A stretch of 63,928 bases of DNA, counting the filler, from Dicyema japonicum (Eukaryota; Animalia; Dicyemida), in NCBI GenBank assembly GCA_011109175.1. It is 8 parts of 7 records of this genome, joined end to end, with 100 filler letters (N's around TTAATTAATTAA, not from the genome) between each part and the next. Parts side by side here need not be neighbours in the genome. Positions count along the whole stretch, not along the records: positions 49,466 to 61,828 come from RDEW01000159.1; positions 61,929 to 63,928 come from RDEW01000182.1; 6 more parts are not named here. One strand, given 5' to 3'. The notes below the pieces were generated by a model. It made no database searches, was not told where the DNA came from, and saw only the letters and a program-made list of their open reading frames with translations. Positions 51,300-63,928 of this stretch are shown here, piece after piece (position 1 is the stretch's first letter; every line of letters starts with the position of its first letter). Both the position numbers and the translations under genes were made by a program.

Positions 51300-51560
51300 G
51301 CTTTACAACGCGTTTGTAAGACTGATCCTACCGTACGACGCTGGTACATGGGGAAGTCCTTCAACGAACTATTGAAACGGAATGGAGTGGCCACGTAGAA
51401 TATCAGCCATCTACAACAACTGTATGTGTTCTTACATCAGCCGAGGATGTGGGTAGATATCCGGTGGAGTCATTTGGGTATGTACTAAGAATGAACCCGG
51501 ACGCTCGAATTCGACAGAGGAAGATGGAAAAAAACTGGGCTATGAACTTATGGCTCTCGT
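51300..51560 (+). mobile_element. RTE-like 3' remnant
   Basis: YNAFVRLILPYDAGTWG and GHLGM/LRMNPD-like segments. Confidence 0.55.
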
Positions 51561-52199
51561 GAAAGTGCCATAATAATGAGCAAAAATTATTTTAAAAAAC
51601 ACTTTGTGTACCCGACAATTTGGATCTCTATAAAAATCAACAATATATTTCTCACAACTGTTTAAATGTATAATTTGATCACTAAATTTATATACACAAT
51701 TTGTTCTGATGTTCATGTTGGAAGGTCTCCGCTTAGGTCATTGATATGGCTGAATTTATTTGTGCTCCTAAAAACAAATTTGAGAGATTCTAAGAAGGTT
51801 TCTTGAAATGATTGAGTTAAGTTTCCGATATAGATCATGCTACAATATTTTCTGATTGATAAAAAGATATCAACGTTCTTTGGAGTAAAAAAACGATATC
51901 CTCAGGAACAGTGTTCATATCCTTAATAAAATGGAGCTTAGATTAGAGAAAGCGTTTTAGTTGATTTGGAGATACATTTTAAAGTTTATTTTGGTCAATG
52001 AAATGTCATTAATAATTTTGGGCGATATATTATTGCTGAAAAAATTTTATAAAAATTTTGAGTCAAAGAATTTTTTCATTTATTTCGATTTAATTTTGAT
52101 TCATGTTTTTCAAAATGTCTTCATTCCATCCTATAAAAAGTGCTACGGAGGATTTGTGAATGTTAAAACTCTAGTCACTGGCTAGGCCAAAGGCAACAA

Positions 52200-52620
52200 C
52201 TCCCCACGGTCTGAAGGCTTATTCTGTCTCGTGCAAGATAAAATTATTCTTTGCAGAACATAACTCAATGTGTTCCCACTGCATGAGATGGAAGAAGACC
52301 GTCGACCACTGTTGCCACTAGATGTGAGAAGATGTTACATGGGGATTATGTCAGGAGCATGATGAAGTAGTAAAGATGCATCCACTTTCATTTGTGTCGA
52401 GAATTTGGACTCAAGAATATAAAAAAAGCTCAAAAAACATTCGGTAGAATCTGTATCGACGAATGAGAAGGTTGAAATCAGAGTCAACACATTTATAAAG
52501 ACTGACATCGTCTTGGAACATAACAAGCCCAATTTGTTTGTTTTCGACAAGATAAGGAATCAATTTTGTTGGTTGAAGTTGGATAAAATCTTCCCAAAAT
52601 TAAAAAATGAGAAAATACGA
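52200..52620 (+). mobile_element. R4/Dong-like non-LTR C-terminal CCHC plus RLE remnant
   Basis: KTVDH.ATRCEKMLHGDYVR.HDEVV.CIHFHLCREFGLK...VEIRVNTFIKTDIVLEHNKPNLFVFDK. Confidence 0.75.
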
Positions 52621-53182
52621 CCTTTTATCCAAAGAGTTGGAATTAATTTATCATGCAAGAGTGAAAATAGTACCCATTGTATTAACATGGGATGGACTTG
52701 TAACTCAAGTTATAATATGTTTTTATCTTTTCTTGGCCTATAATTGATTCGAGAAAATTTTATGTAGAAAATAAGGGTTTTTTGACCAAAATTTAGATCC
52801 TTTTTTCATTTCGCTTTTCTTTTATTGATCACTTAGTGACAAACAAACAAATATAGTTCTGCTGAAACAATAGCGCTTTGAAAGACAATTTAACTCGGAT
52901 CATAGTCCAACATAAAGAATTCAAATTTGATTTTAAAAAAATAAAAAACATCATCGAAAGTGAAACCTGTTTCTAGTACAGTTATAGAAACGACCAGCCA
53001 ATCAATCCTACAGCACCCTTTATGATGTAAGGTTCTTACAAGTTTGCAGAGCGGATGTCAACTGAAAACATAACATTTTTTATTCATACCTGTTGGTAAT
53101 GACTAGTTTATTCTGCTTATTTGACTCGTTATTCATTCAAACAAAAGTTACGGAAAAAGTCAATTAATTGCGAATCCAACTA

Positions 53183-54319
53183 CAGTCAAACCCCGTTTAC
53201 TCGCCAAATTTGGGACCAAGCCAAAAAATGGCGAGTAACTGAATAATCAATAAAAATTTTATATGCACAAAATTAAACAATAATTAAACTGAATAAAAAC
53301 AAATCATTATTTTGAAAATAAAGAGTCAAATTACGAATTTAGATTAAAATAATCTTTCACTGTTGCTTTTCTAGTAAACATCGTATTTTCAATTAATTGA
53401 TTGATCATTTGAATTGCATTAATATATAAAAGTATCGTCTTGATTATGCAACATTTTAAACGCATCTTCATGATTTATTCATTCGCAGGTGTTTTCTCTT
53501 CAAAAATACCACGTCTTTGTTTCCTATTTACATCATCGTCGTTTTCGAAGGATTCTTCCACTTCGTCTATTTCAGTGTACGTGTAATCAAGAAAATCTGA
53601 TTGTTCCATTGGATCCAAAATATTCAATTGCTTTATTGTCTCATATTTCTCAATCGTATAGTTGGAAGATTGAATTTGCTCTTCACATGGAATCCACTTA
53701 GCATGCCTGAAACAATTTTTGATAGTTTTTTCGATGACTTCATTCCAACCAAAATAGGTAAATAAAACTCCGTCTTATAAAATCAGTTATTCCATGTGAT
53801 CTTGCAATCCTTTTTGCCTTTAATAAAATTGCATTGTCATCAAGAAATCCTCCAGCTAATTCTATTTTCTCGAGCCAAGATAAAATTTTCGATTCTAGTG
53901 CAGAGAATTTTCTGCAAGATAAACGACTTTTTTCCCAAAAATTGGATTAATAGAGGCTATTTGGCTTTTATTTAATTTTAGATCGTCTAGGCATCTTCTG
54001 GAAATTTTTTTTCAAAAGATTGGAGAAAATTGAGGCAATTCGATTTAAGGTAAGAGCCTTATTTTCATCAATGAAATTTAAAATTCTTAGCTTTTCCTCA
54101 AAGATAACCGAGTAACTTCCGCATGGTTAATAAATGTGGAAATTATTTATTGTTCTAAATTAAACCATTTTATTTTAATTTAAAAAATTAAAAATAGTGG
54201 CGAGTAACTGAAACTGGCGAGTAACTGAATTTTTCCTATAAAATTTTATTTTTCGTAAAAAAAGTGGCGACTAACTGAGGTGGCGAGTAAGTGGGTGGCG
54301 ACTAACCGGGGTTTGACTG
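53183..54319 (-). mobile_element. pogo/Tigger deletion derivative with TIRs and TA TSD
   Basis: 24-bp TIRs CAGTCAAACCCCG(T/G)TTA(C/G)TCGCCA with TA on both sides; CENP-B HTH remnant LESKILSWLEKIELAGGFLDDNAILLKAKRIA; no DDE domain seen. Confidence 0.9.
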
Positions 54320-55249
54320 TATTTTTGTCGGCACTGCATTTAAATGTATATTCCAACAAAAATAGAAAATATCAGATTATCCTCAAAAAATAAACCAAAG
54401 TGGATTTGGCACTCAAAGTCAATTATTCCTGCTCCAAGCATCAGCTAAATAATTTTTAAACATGTTTTATCGACGTTTTAACAATTTTTCTATTTCTTAT
54501 ATGACTAGGAACAAAATATCCACATTTTGTATGCATTTTGCCGATTAAAATAAAGGAAAAGAAGCTTTATTAGTTAATTCTGAATTAGTTAGGAATATCC
54601 GAATAATTAATTAATTTACAAGAATTCCACATAAGAAATTCTTGTCCATATGAACTACTTTGTCAATTAGATTCTCGTATTCAGGAAAATCGCTATTGGC
54701 GAAAACCGTCTTCGCAAAAGTCCTTTAAATGAAGCACAATTTCCATACAGTGAACCAGGATTAGATTGAATAACCTCAACAATCTTCTCACAAATCTGAA
54801 ATTGCAGGGAATTGTGGTGGTTGTCAGTTATTTTATTCGTCTAAAATCCATAAAAAAGACATTTAAAACGAGTTTTCAAATGTATGAAAGCTTTTTGTGC
54901 GAGAAGATCAAATGACAACTTATCCATATCCGCTCCGGAATTTTGAAGATTTGACATATCGTTCTCCTGAATAACGGATTTGGATAACCTTCCAGCAAAA
55001 ACATTGTGCACTATATTAGCCTGGCTCACTAAATGGTTACTGCTTTAAAACTGATGAGGAATAATGCTAAATAGAACACTTATTAACAAAACAGTACTAA
55101 ATGAGGTCAACATTCTATTTATCATTATTTTATTACTTTCAGGATTTTCTGGTTTACCATTTATATTAACAATAATTAATCACCAAATATAAAATTCAAG
55201 TCACATTTAACAAAATAATTAACTGAAACGATCATTTTTTGAACCAATG

Positions 55250-56000
55250 AATATCAACTGCCTGTCCGCTCTGAAGGAATTGAGCTCAGCTTTGAGAGAA
55301 AGGAGGTTCTATTTAAAATGGGCCAATTGTTGCCTGGAATCTTTCATTGAATGAATTTAAGAATCCATTAACAGCCCCGATCATTTTGACTAGCCTATCT
55401 TTCTTTGAAAGCGACTATTTTCAGATCGTCAATAAGAACAAATGATTCCGACAAATTTGGAGCTTTGGAGACATGGAGTTTAGCATCCTACTTAGGCGAT
55501 TTATCGCCATAACAAATAGTAACGGAGACAATGAATCTCCTGTAGTATTCACCGGCATAACTTACTGACCAAATTCTTTTTCCATCGAAATGTTTACTGT
55601 CCACTTAGTAATTTCACAGAGGTTTATGATCAAAAAGTGGCTATTCCAGAGCATCCAATACGTGGAACAAGATTGTGATCAACTGAGTCAAATGCCTTCC
55701 CCACATCGACCCAAGCAAAGTAGAGACATTCCATATTCCTCATTTGAGCATTGGTTAATAACGGGCTTGCACATGGCACCTTGACATTGCTTACTCGTCG
55801 CAGACTGATTATCTGAAATTAAGCCAAATGCCTCAACGAAATCGGCAGCTTGGCATTAAAACACTCTTGAAAATAAAAAAAGTGCTTAAAAATAACTGCC
55901 TATAGAAATTCGCTCTCTTAATAATTACTAGATTCCCATTAAAGAGGTTTTTGCCTTAAGCACAAACTGAGCATAAACAAACTCTTTCGTTGTTTTCCTG
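55250..56000 (-). mobile_element. R4/Dong-like reverse transcriptase remnant
   Basis: LISDNQ, AWVDVGKAFDSVDH, GDSLSPLLFVMAINRLSRMLN, IDDLKIV across frameshifts. Confidence 0.7.
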
Positions 56001-56130
56001 TGGTTTTTTCACGCGATAATCTTACTACAACGTGCTATTGCAAAGATTCAATCAAAACCATTAAAAATATTTGAATCTCGTCATTACAAAACCATCCTAA
56101 CTAAAAATATGTTTTAAAAAAGCCTGAGCA

Positions 56131-59100
56131 TCACAAAAAATCAGAGACTAAACCAGAACTATTTTCATCAAATTCTTCTGCGATTAAAGATTGGTCAATC
56201 TTAAAATCACGTGATTTTGACATTTTCATTCCCTTTATTAAATCGATCTGCAATGCATCTTAAAATAACACCTTGACTTAACTGGACAAAGTCAAAAGTT
56301 GGGTGTTCAAAGGATTCAATCGAATACACCAATTTTTGGAAGCAGTTTTGACTCGCAACAGTCCTGAAAATATATTAAAATCAAACCACATTACGACGTG
56401 CTTGGATTTTGATGGAAATTTAATTTTCTCTTCTTTGAGACAGAATTACCAATTCTTTCACTCTCGAATGCCTGAAATAACATATATTTTAAACCTGAAC
56501 ATATGTGAGCAAAATATACACGCGAGGAGTGAAATCGTGTGACAATGCAATCAAAAAACGAACAAACCTATCACTCATAATTCCCGATTGTCACCCAAAC
56601 AACTCAGAGCCTATTTTAATTTACTAATAAAACATTACGTAACGAATAATGTCTGAGGCCTGTGAGTAAAACCGGGTTATCAGACGAAGAAGAAAGCAAA
56701 TCAGAATGGAAGAAGGCAATGCAATTTGCACAATATCATAAATGAGGGAAAGAACAGATCCAAAGTTGTATGATAACTTTGATAGTAATAACGGTACTAA
56801 ACGTGTTAGAATTTGATGTTATTACCGACAGAGGAGAGACTGGTTTGTTCTGACTTTAGAGAAGAGTAAAGCCAATTTATTTCGTCCAATTCCAAACTAA
56901 CTTGACGGAGGAGAATGTTCAGGGTAGCCGAGCAGAAGAATATCACTCACCACTCCAAATTTGTCCCCAACGGCAGAAACATCGACTGTCTATAACAAAT
57001 ACAAACTCCAAATACAAACTTTGTCAATATCTCCAAAGAAGGTGTGCAAATGAGAGGAAATTTCACTTGCCAGGACAAAAAATGTCGCCGTTCGACGAAC
57101 ACAGTTAAAATAAAGCCACAAGAATTCACGGAGAAGTCGCAAATCGCCTAAAATTAAAAAATAAAAAACTGACTAAAAGTATACTGCGAACAAATTCTTG
57201 AAAACCATTCTACAAGTTTAGTCACCGTTTCTCCGCCCAAGTCAGTGTGGATTACTAAAATCCTAATGAGCGCCAAAATCGCGGAGACTACTTCTTCCAG
57301 CTCTAAATTCAAGCGTTGAGATAAAAAGCCTCTAAGATATTTAGCGGCTCACAGGAAAACTTGAAATGTAGAAACAAGGACATTATTAGCCTCTTTTGAC
57401 TCTTCCCCGTCCAGGACATCCGCCAAAGACTCCAAAAAATCCCAAAAAACGAAATTTAAATTTTCGAAAATTGTTTTAAGCACACAAGCCAGGCATTCCG
57501 AAGCCTAAAAAAGTAAATCAACACGTTTTTCGTTTTCTCGCGTATTCTTAAGAGACGACGAATTATCAAATAACCCAAGCAGTACAGCCGTACAAAAAAT
57601 AAAAAACCTCGAAATTTCCAGAAGGTTTGCACGGAGCTGATTTCGACAGTAAAAAACGTCACAATTTCGATTAATTTCCTCAACTTGTTGAATAATTGCA
57701 GTCAAAATTGTAATTTATGAGCCGAATATTCACAAAATCGTTCTTTCCGTGTTTCAAACTAAATAATACACTCATTCTCACCCAAATCGGCTTGTTGCAA
57801 TCTCAACCATCCCTTCAAATGTCAAAGTCCGGATATTGATAAATTTATTGGTTTTTTGCCCATTAATTTTTGTTGTGAGTTGTAGAAATGATTTTTTATA
57901 TTTTGTTGCATCTCCAAAAACTCGGCGGCCCTTTCCTCGGGGTCATTTCTGAGAAGGGACCACTCTACAAGAACATCACAAACTCGACAGATCGCTGAAA
58001 ACTAAAAGTAAATCTTCTGCTGATAATTCTCATCCGATCCACTGATTTGACCTTTTTTTAATAAAAAAATCGAAAAAACCAAATCAAAACATTCCGGATT
58101 ACATTTAACCATTCTATTAGCAATAGAGGAAATCATCGATTCCAACTTCTCACATTCACTTCCAACACGTCTCTGAACCAGCATTGCACACTGCAAGAGA
58201 ACATCCTGAAAATATTCAAAAAAATAATACTAATGACTCTTTTGGGACCAATCCTGTTTCTGTCAAATCATACACACAACCAAAGTCCAGAGGTGGAAGA
58301 AGGTCATCATCCGCTTCATAGTATTTCTCCAACTGAGACAAAACGATGTGATAAACAAGTCCGTCGACAACCTCATTGTTCCCCACAGCCAAAGGAAGAC
58401 TCTTTTTATCAAAAATCACAAATAACCGAATATAGCGATCTTCTCGCCTCAAAATCGTGACTAATTGAGGATTTGAGATATGCAGAGATCTCCGAATACA
58501 CAGCATCGTAGTAAAAACTAGACTGTCGAGATGTTAATTTAGATTCCGATGCCTTTTATGGATTATAAACAAAATTAGAACCGGAATTGATCGAGTAATG
58601 TTGAAAGACATGCTGAATTGGATAAAGATGAGGCATTCTCTGGCATATAACGTAATAATATGTATATAACTAGTAAACCGCTGCTTTTTTAGCCTCAGGA
58701 TTACTTAGATAAAAAATGATGAACGAAAAACTTTGATATTAACATTTTTTTCAGATTTTGAAAAAGAGTGGACCTCATTTGCTCAACTTCTTTGAGCAGA
58801 GGAAGACAACAACGCACCAACGGGCCAATCAAAACACGAGGAAGAATGACCAAATTCTCAAACAAGTTTGAAACAGGATTACAACACCTAACAACTGCCG
58901 AAATATTGTATTTTTGCATATAATTGAGAATATCTACACAAGTAATATGGATGACAGACCGATGTAGTGTCTACTTGACTTTTCGGAGTAAGGAACAATA
59001 TTCTGACATATTTTTTCAAGCATAAATAACCGACAGTCGTCATTATTTATCTTAAAGTAACAAAAACGTTCAACTGAGAATATTTTTGGCAAAATGTGAG

Positions 59101-60377
59101 TCGATAAACGGACAATTGCTCTTCGCATACCCTCTTCACATGAATTTGACAAATTAATCAATTCCTGTGCCAATTTCACCACTTCCCTCGAAAGTAGAGA
59201 GAATTTAAAATCACTAAGAATTCTAAAAACTACAAAAACCAGCGTGTGCATATTTTTAAAACAATTTTTTCCACAGGTGAGGGAGAAGGAAGTAGTTTTT
59301 TGAGCCAAAAACAGCGTTTTGATCGATCAGAACTATCAAAAACTCCTAAAATTGATTGTGCGATAATTTTTATAATCTGAAATATAATTTTTTGATAGTA
59401 TTTCACATTTTCGTGTATTCGATTTGATTTCAGGTTCCAATAAAGTATAAACGCCACCAGAAAAGTGCATAAAAGAGACTCGTCGAATGTTGGAAGAGTC
59501 TTGAAATTGAAATATGAAAAAAAACTCGAATATTGTTGCAAAAAACACGAAATGTCTCAATTTTTAGAGATTCGAGCTTTTCTATCAGAATATCCATACA
59601 CTCAAACATTAAATCTCTAAATACTAAAAAAAATAACATAAACTTATTGGAATCATCAACAAAAATCATATCAAGTTTTTTAATCAACGATTTGAACAAA
59701 ATATGGCATTATTCTTAAAAATATGTCAAAAAGCAAACGCTCGTAGGAATTTGTAATAAAATTGTAATCACGTGTTTAATATAGCACAATGGAACATTTT
59801 CGACCAAACAAAGTGCCTTTTCAATAATTTGTGGATATTCGTCACCGGATAATCCAAGTTTATTTGTCACGTTGATCACCGGCCCTAAATTACCCACAGA
59901 AAGCCAAAAATATTTAAAAATCAAACTCTTTTTATTATTTCGTCGACGATTGGCCGAGGAACATTTTTTGATGAAGGAATAGAGGTTGAAAATTCTTGGT
60001 TTGTGTTAATTATCATTTTTATCAGTGAAAAGCAACGATGTGACGAAACGTGGTCAAAATCAGTTCTAAAAATATTATTTTTTGAGACATTTCGGCAGGA
60101 TATTCATTATTCAGTAAAACTTCCCATAAAGATCCTCAACCTCCTGTTTTTGATCATCAGTGAGGTCACTGGTCTAGACTAATGATAGGGTCATACATAT
60201 TCTTCCAGAATGATACATATTTGGGTGGATATTTGGCAGTAAATGTTATCCTTCATTATTTTAATTGCTATTTGAAAATATTTTTGATATCATTTTGAAT
60301 TAAGGTATTTGTATTGATAATTGGTAGGTCAACTTTTTCAAAAAATGATCAAGTTCAGTTATAAGTTGTTCATTCAT
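56131..60377 (-). pseudogene. FANCI: Fanconi anemia group I protein, full length, many tiny introns, multiple frameshifts
   Basis: Colinear with FANCI as I recall it: LSGDEYPQIIEKALC; MRSTLFQNLKKML; LSQLEKYYEADDDLLPPLDF; LESMISSIANRMVK; ICRVCDVLVEW; HLHTFFGDIDK; DIVQIALPS; FTPRVYILLTYVQ; MKMSKSRDFKI. Several clean 23-30 nt introns; the 4.25-kb span fits a protein of about 1300 aa. Confidence 0.9.
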
Positions 60378-60509
60378 ATGACCTAATCACAATAACGTCA
60401 ATGAAATAAGGCGGGTAGTTTATTTTTTAATAAATTATTTTTATTTACTATAAATTATTTATTACAAATTAAATAAATTAACAGTAAAAAGTTTTTTAAT
60501 TCTCAATGA

Positions 60510-60800
60510 AAGTCTGAGATTCCAGGTACTCTGGACCGCCTCAAGCCATACTTATTGCAGAGCAGAAGATGGAGAGACTTCACCACCTCGTTATGTTTCC
60601 ATGTTATCATGGTAAAGCATACTCCCGCATTTCGTGGCTAAATACTCAACGGTCATCGCCTTACTTCTACAGTGATTACACTTTTCCGTTGACCGTTAAA
60701 GAAATTCCTATCCTGCAAATATGAGAATAACTCCTTCTGATCGGGGAGAGTTATCGGTCGTGTAGCACGCGCTTTACTATGTTGTACTGTTTCCATTTTC
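60510..60800 (-). mobile_element. R4/Dong-like CCHC remnant
   Basis: ELFSYLQDRNFF...KCNHCRSKAMTVEYLATKCGSML...KHNEVVKSLHLLLCNKYGL. Confidence 0.75.
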
Positions 60801-61444
60801 GTCGCACTTTATTTTGTTGTAATTGGATTCAGAAGAATAATTCGTTTCGACATAGTTTCTTTTAATGATTAAATTATCTGAAAATTTCATCATTTTTTAG
60901 TATTTTTTGAGTTTATTCCTTTAATCTGTTTATTTTACATACTTTGAAATTTCTAAAAAATTTTATTTCTTTGTCATCTTTATCTATTTAATTTTACCCT
61001 ATTTTCTTTTTTTGAAAAACTTATGATGGTGTCATTATTTTTATTTTTAAAATTAAACGGAGGTGTAAAGTTCAATAAAGAGTATAATTTTACTGTTTGG
61101 AAAACCAACGATAAATAGAAATAGAGTAAAACCTCTCCAATCCGCCGATTTTTGGACCGACAAAAAATCGGAGGCAAAAAGAGAATTTCAATTGAGTTTA
61201 ACGTGACAATATTTTGATGAGATAGACATTAATTCTGTTGCAAGTAGAATTATTCTTTTTTTCTTGACAGTGGATTGAGAAGTGCACGCGCACTAAACCT
61301 TACCATATACGATTGAATCTATTCGGAGGTCCTGATCGTTTTCTGAAAATGGAAAATGTGATGAAGGAATTCAGAACAAAATATGTGACGGAAACGAGAA
61401 AAGACTGCAACTTCTCTCATAACGACGCAGCGCAATAAAAAAAC

Positions 61445-61516
61445 TGGAGATGCTGGGAATCGAACCCAGGACCTCTCGCATGCTAAGCGAGCGCTGTACC
61501 ACTAAGCCACATCCCC
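61445..61516 (-). tRNA. tRNA-Ala (AGC)
   Basis: GGGGATGTGGCTTAGTGGTACAGCGCTCGCTTAGCATGCGAGAGGTCCTGGGTTCGATTCCCAGCATCTCCA: complete cloverleaf, AGC anticodon, G3:U70 alanine identity pair, downstream oligo-T. Confidence 0.97.
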
Positions 61517-62429
61517 GCTTTGTGCTCTTTGGAAACTTATACAGACAGAAACAATTTAATAACCAATCATTCCGTTTATTGTACACGTTTATTGCATTTA
61601 TTTAGATTTCTTTTAATTTTGTTTATAACGGTTTTTGATTAAACGTTAATGTGTTTTCAATATAAAAATATTTTTTTAAATCCTCAATTCATCTCCAGAT
61701 TTATTCTCTCATACCATTAGTGTCTTCCATGAATTTAAATTAATTTGTTTAGAATTACAGTCAAACTCTAAATCTTGGCCATTTTTTGACTAATCGAATC
61801 TTGCGAGATTTAGATTTTTGCGAGCAATNNNNNNNNNNNNNNNNNNNNNNNNNNNNNNNNNNNNNNNNNNNNTTAATTAATTAANNNNNNNNNNNNNNNN
61901 NNNNNNNNNNNNNNNNNNNNNNNNNNNNTTTGGAAGGTTGATCGCCCTTAGGAATTTTCTGTGGCGAGAATACCTTAGAGATAAGCATAGTGACTCTTTA
62001 TATAGATTATATGTTCGACTTGCATATTAGAATTTGGATACATTGTTGAGTGGTAACAATGAATTGAGTACTTTAGTAATATTGGATTCCATTCTCTTAG
62101 TTGAGTATTATCGATATTAATTTATTCTAGAAAGTTCTTTATTCTAGAAACTTCAAATTCCCTCTTTATTTCTACTAAAATCATTTAATATGAAATTGAT
62201 CAACTACTAATAATTAAAAAATAGGATAATATGATAATTTTCCCGCCCTCATAATTCATTAAGTTTTCCAATTTATCATGAAAGCAATAGAGATTTTTTT
62301 TTAGATTTTTTTCCGATTTATCATGATAGCAATTTATTAATTTTCCCGCTTTGAGCAACTGAAGGATCCATTAGGTATCTAAGACACCACACTAAAAGAA
62401 TTGAACTGTTATGCTCAAACACTATTGAG

Positions 62430-62780
62430 GTAATAAAATCAGAACTTGGCTAGTATTGTCTTGCATGCCTTATTCTACATCAACAAATGAAAGCGGAGCT
62501 TGACTTAGAGCTTCCACATGCGCTTCCCTCAAGACACCAATGGATAACGACTTTATATGAATAGAAGTATGCGTCCGCATCGAATTAGACATTTCCGTAG
62601 ATCACCGTTATTGGTCCATAAGGATGGTAGAGGTGAAAGGTCTTCACGCCCTCTCCTCTCCATCAGTGGAATTTTTGGATGGAGACTGGAAGACAAAGAC
62701 GTATTGCTTATACCTCCAGTTGTCTCGTCAGCGATCATGAGGAATAAGAACCGGTCCCGGAGCCTTCGTATATCATTCCT
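62430..62780 (+). mobile_element. hAT transposase fragment (ZBED1/4-like)
   Basis: ALPSRH...TTLYE; YWSIRMVE...FLDGDWKTKTYCL. Confidence 0.5.
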
Positions 62781-63320
62781 TTAGCACAGCCATATTACGA
62801 ATAATTAAATTCTTGAATTGTACAGAATTTGAAAATTATGACGATCTTGTGAGAGCGCTTTCTTCCGATGGTAGAATTATCATATTATTGTGGTTGATAA
62901 CCGGGAACGAAATCAAAGGAAAGCTTGATATCTAAGACAGTATGTATCAGAAATCGACATTCCATTAATTTTAAATCTTAAAAAGAATTTATCTTTACAC
63001 AAAAGTATTTCCACGAAAAGCTTGATATCTAAGACAGTACGTACAGAAATCGACATTCCATTAATTTTAAATCTTAAAAAGAATTTATCTTTACACAAAA
63101 GTATTTCCACGAAAAAATATTCAAAAATCATGCAACGGAATAAAAAATGTGGTTTATTTTAAATAATAATTTTACAATAATTAAAAATAATATTAAAAAT
63201 GAGCTGACGGAAAGAAAATTTTGGAATATATTTAATTAGTAATATTATACAATTAATTCAATTTTATATGGCAAACCTAAAAGCATAATAAAATAAGGTC
63301 GCGCTGGATACAATAACGAG

Positions 63321-63928
<608 letters not shown>

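Noticed and set aside
56100-56550. Extension of the R4/Dong RT element
   Set aside because: Translation shows the FANCI C-terminus (LLTYVQ, KSRDFKI), so the region belongs to the host gene.

Overview
AT-rich eukaryotic draft assembly, not prokaryotic: there are no CRISPR arrays or operons. The animal-type alpha-tubulin and FANCI, together with very short GT-AG introns (23-31 nt), point to an opisthokont, probably an animal with a miniaturised intron set. The exact taxon cannot be determined from sequence alone. Seven artificial 100-nt spacers (44N-TTAATTAATTAA-44N) split the window into eight contigs, so adjacency across them is unproven. Most of the sequence is decayed transposable elements: APE-type LINEs with 2A-like StopGo peptides, RTE-like LINEs, CRE-like and R4/Dong-like RLE elements, a tRNA-derived SINE, intron-containing Ginger-like integrases, hAT, pogo and Merlin. 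Host genes that look intact are alpha-tubulin (5' part), EBP sterol isomerase (3' part), tRNA-Ala(AGC) and two spliced orphan genes. FANCI (full length), TSPO and two AGC-kinase pieces are clearly recognisable but carry single-base frameshifts, often in homopolymer runs. All family calls come from manual translation and motif recognition, not database searches, and TE boundaries are approximate. I did not find a clearly new biological system. The best leads are the 2A-bearing LINEs with a shared 3' motif, the intron-bearing Ginger element whose TIRs may enclose a host gene, and the frameshifted but conserved host genes.
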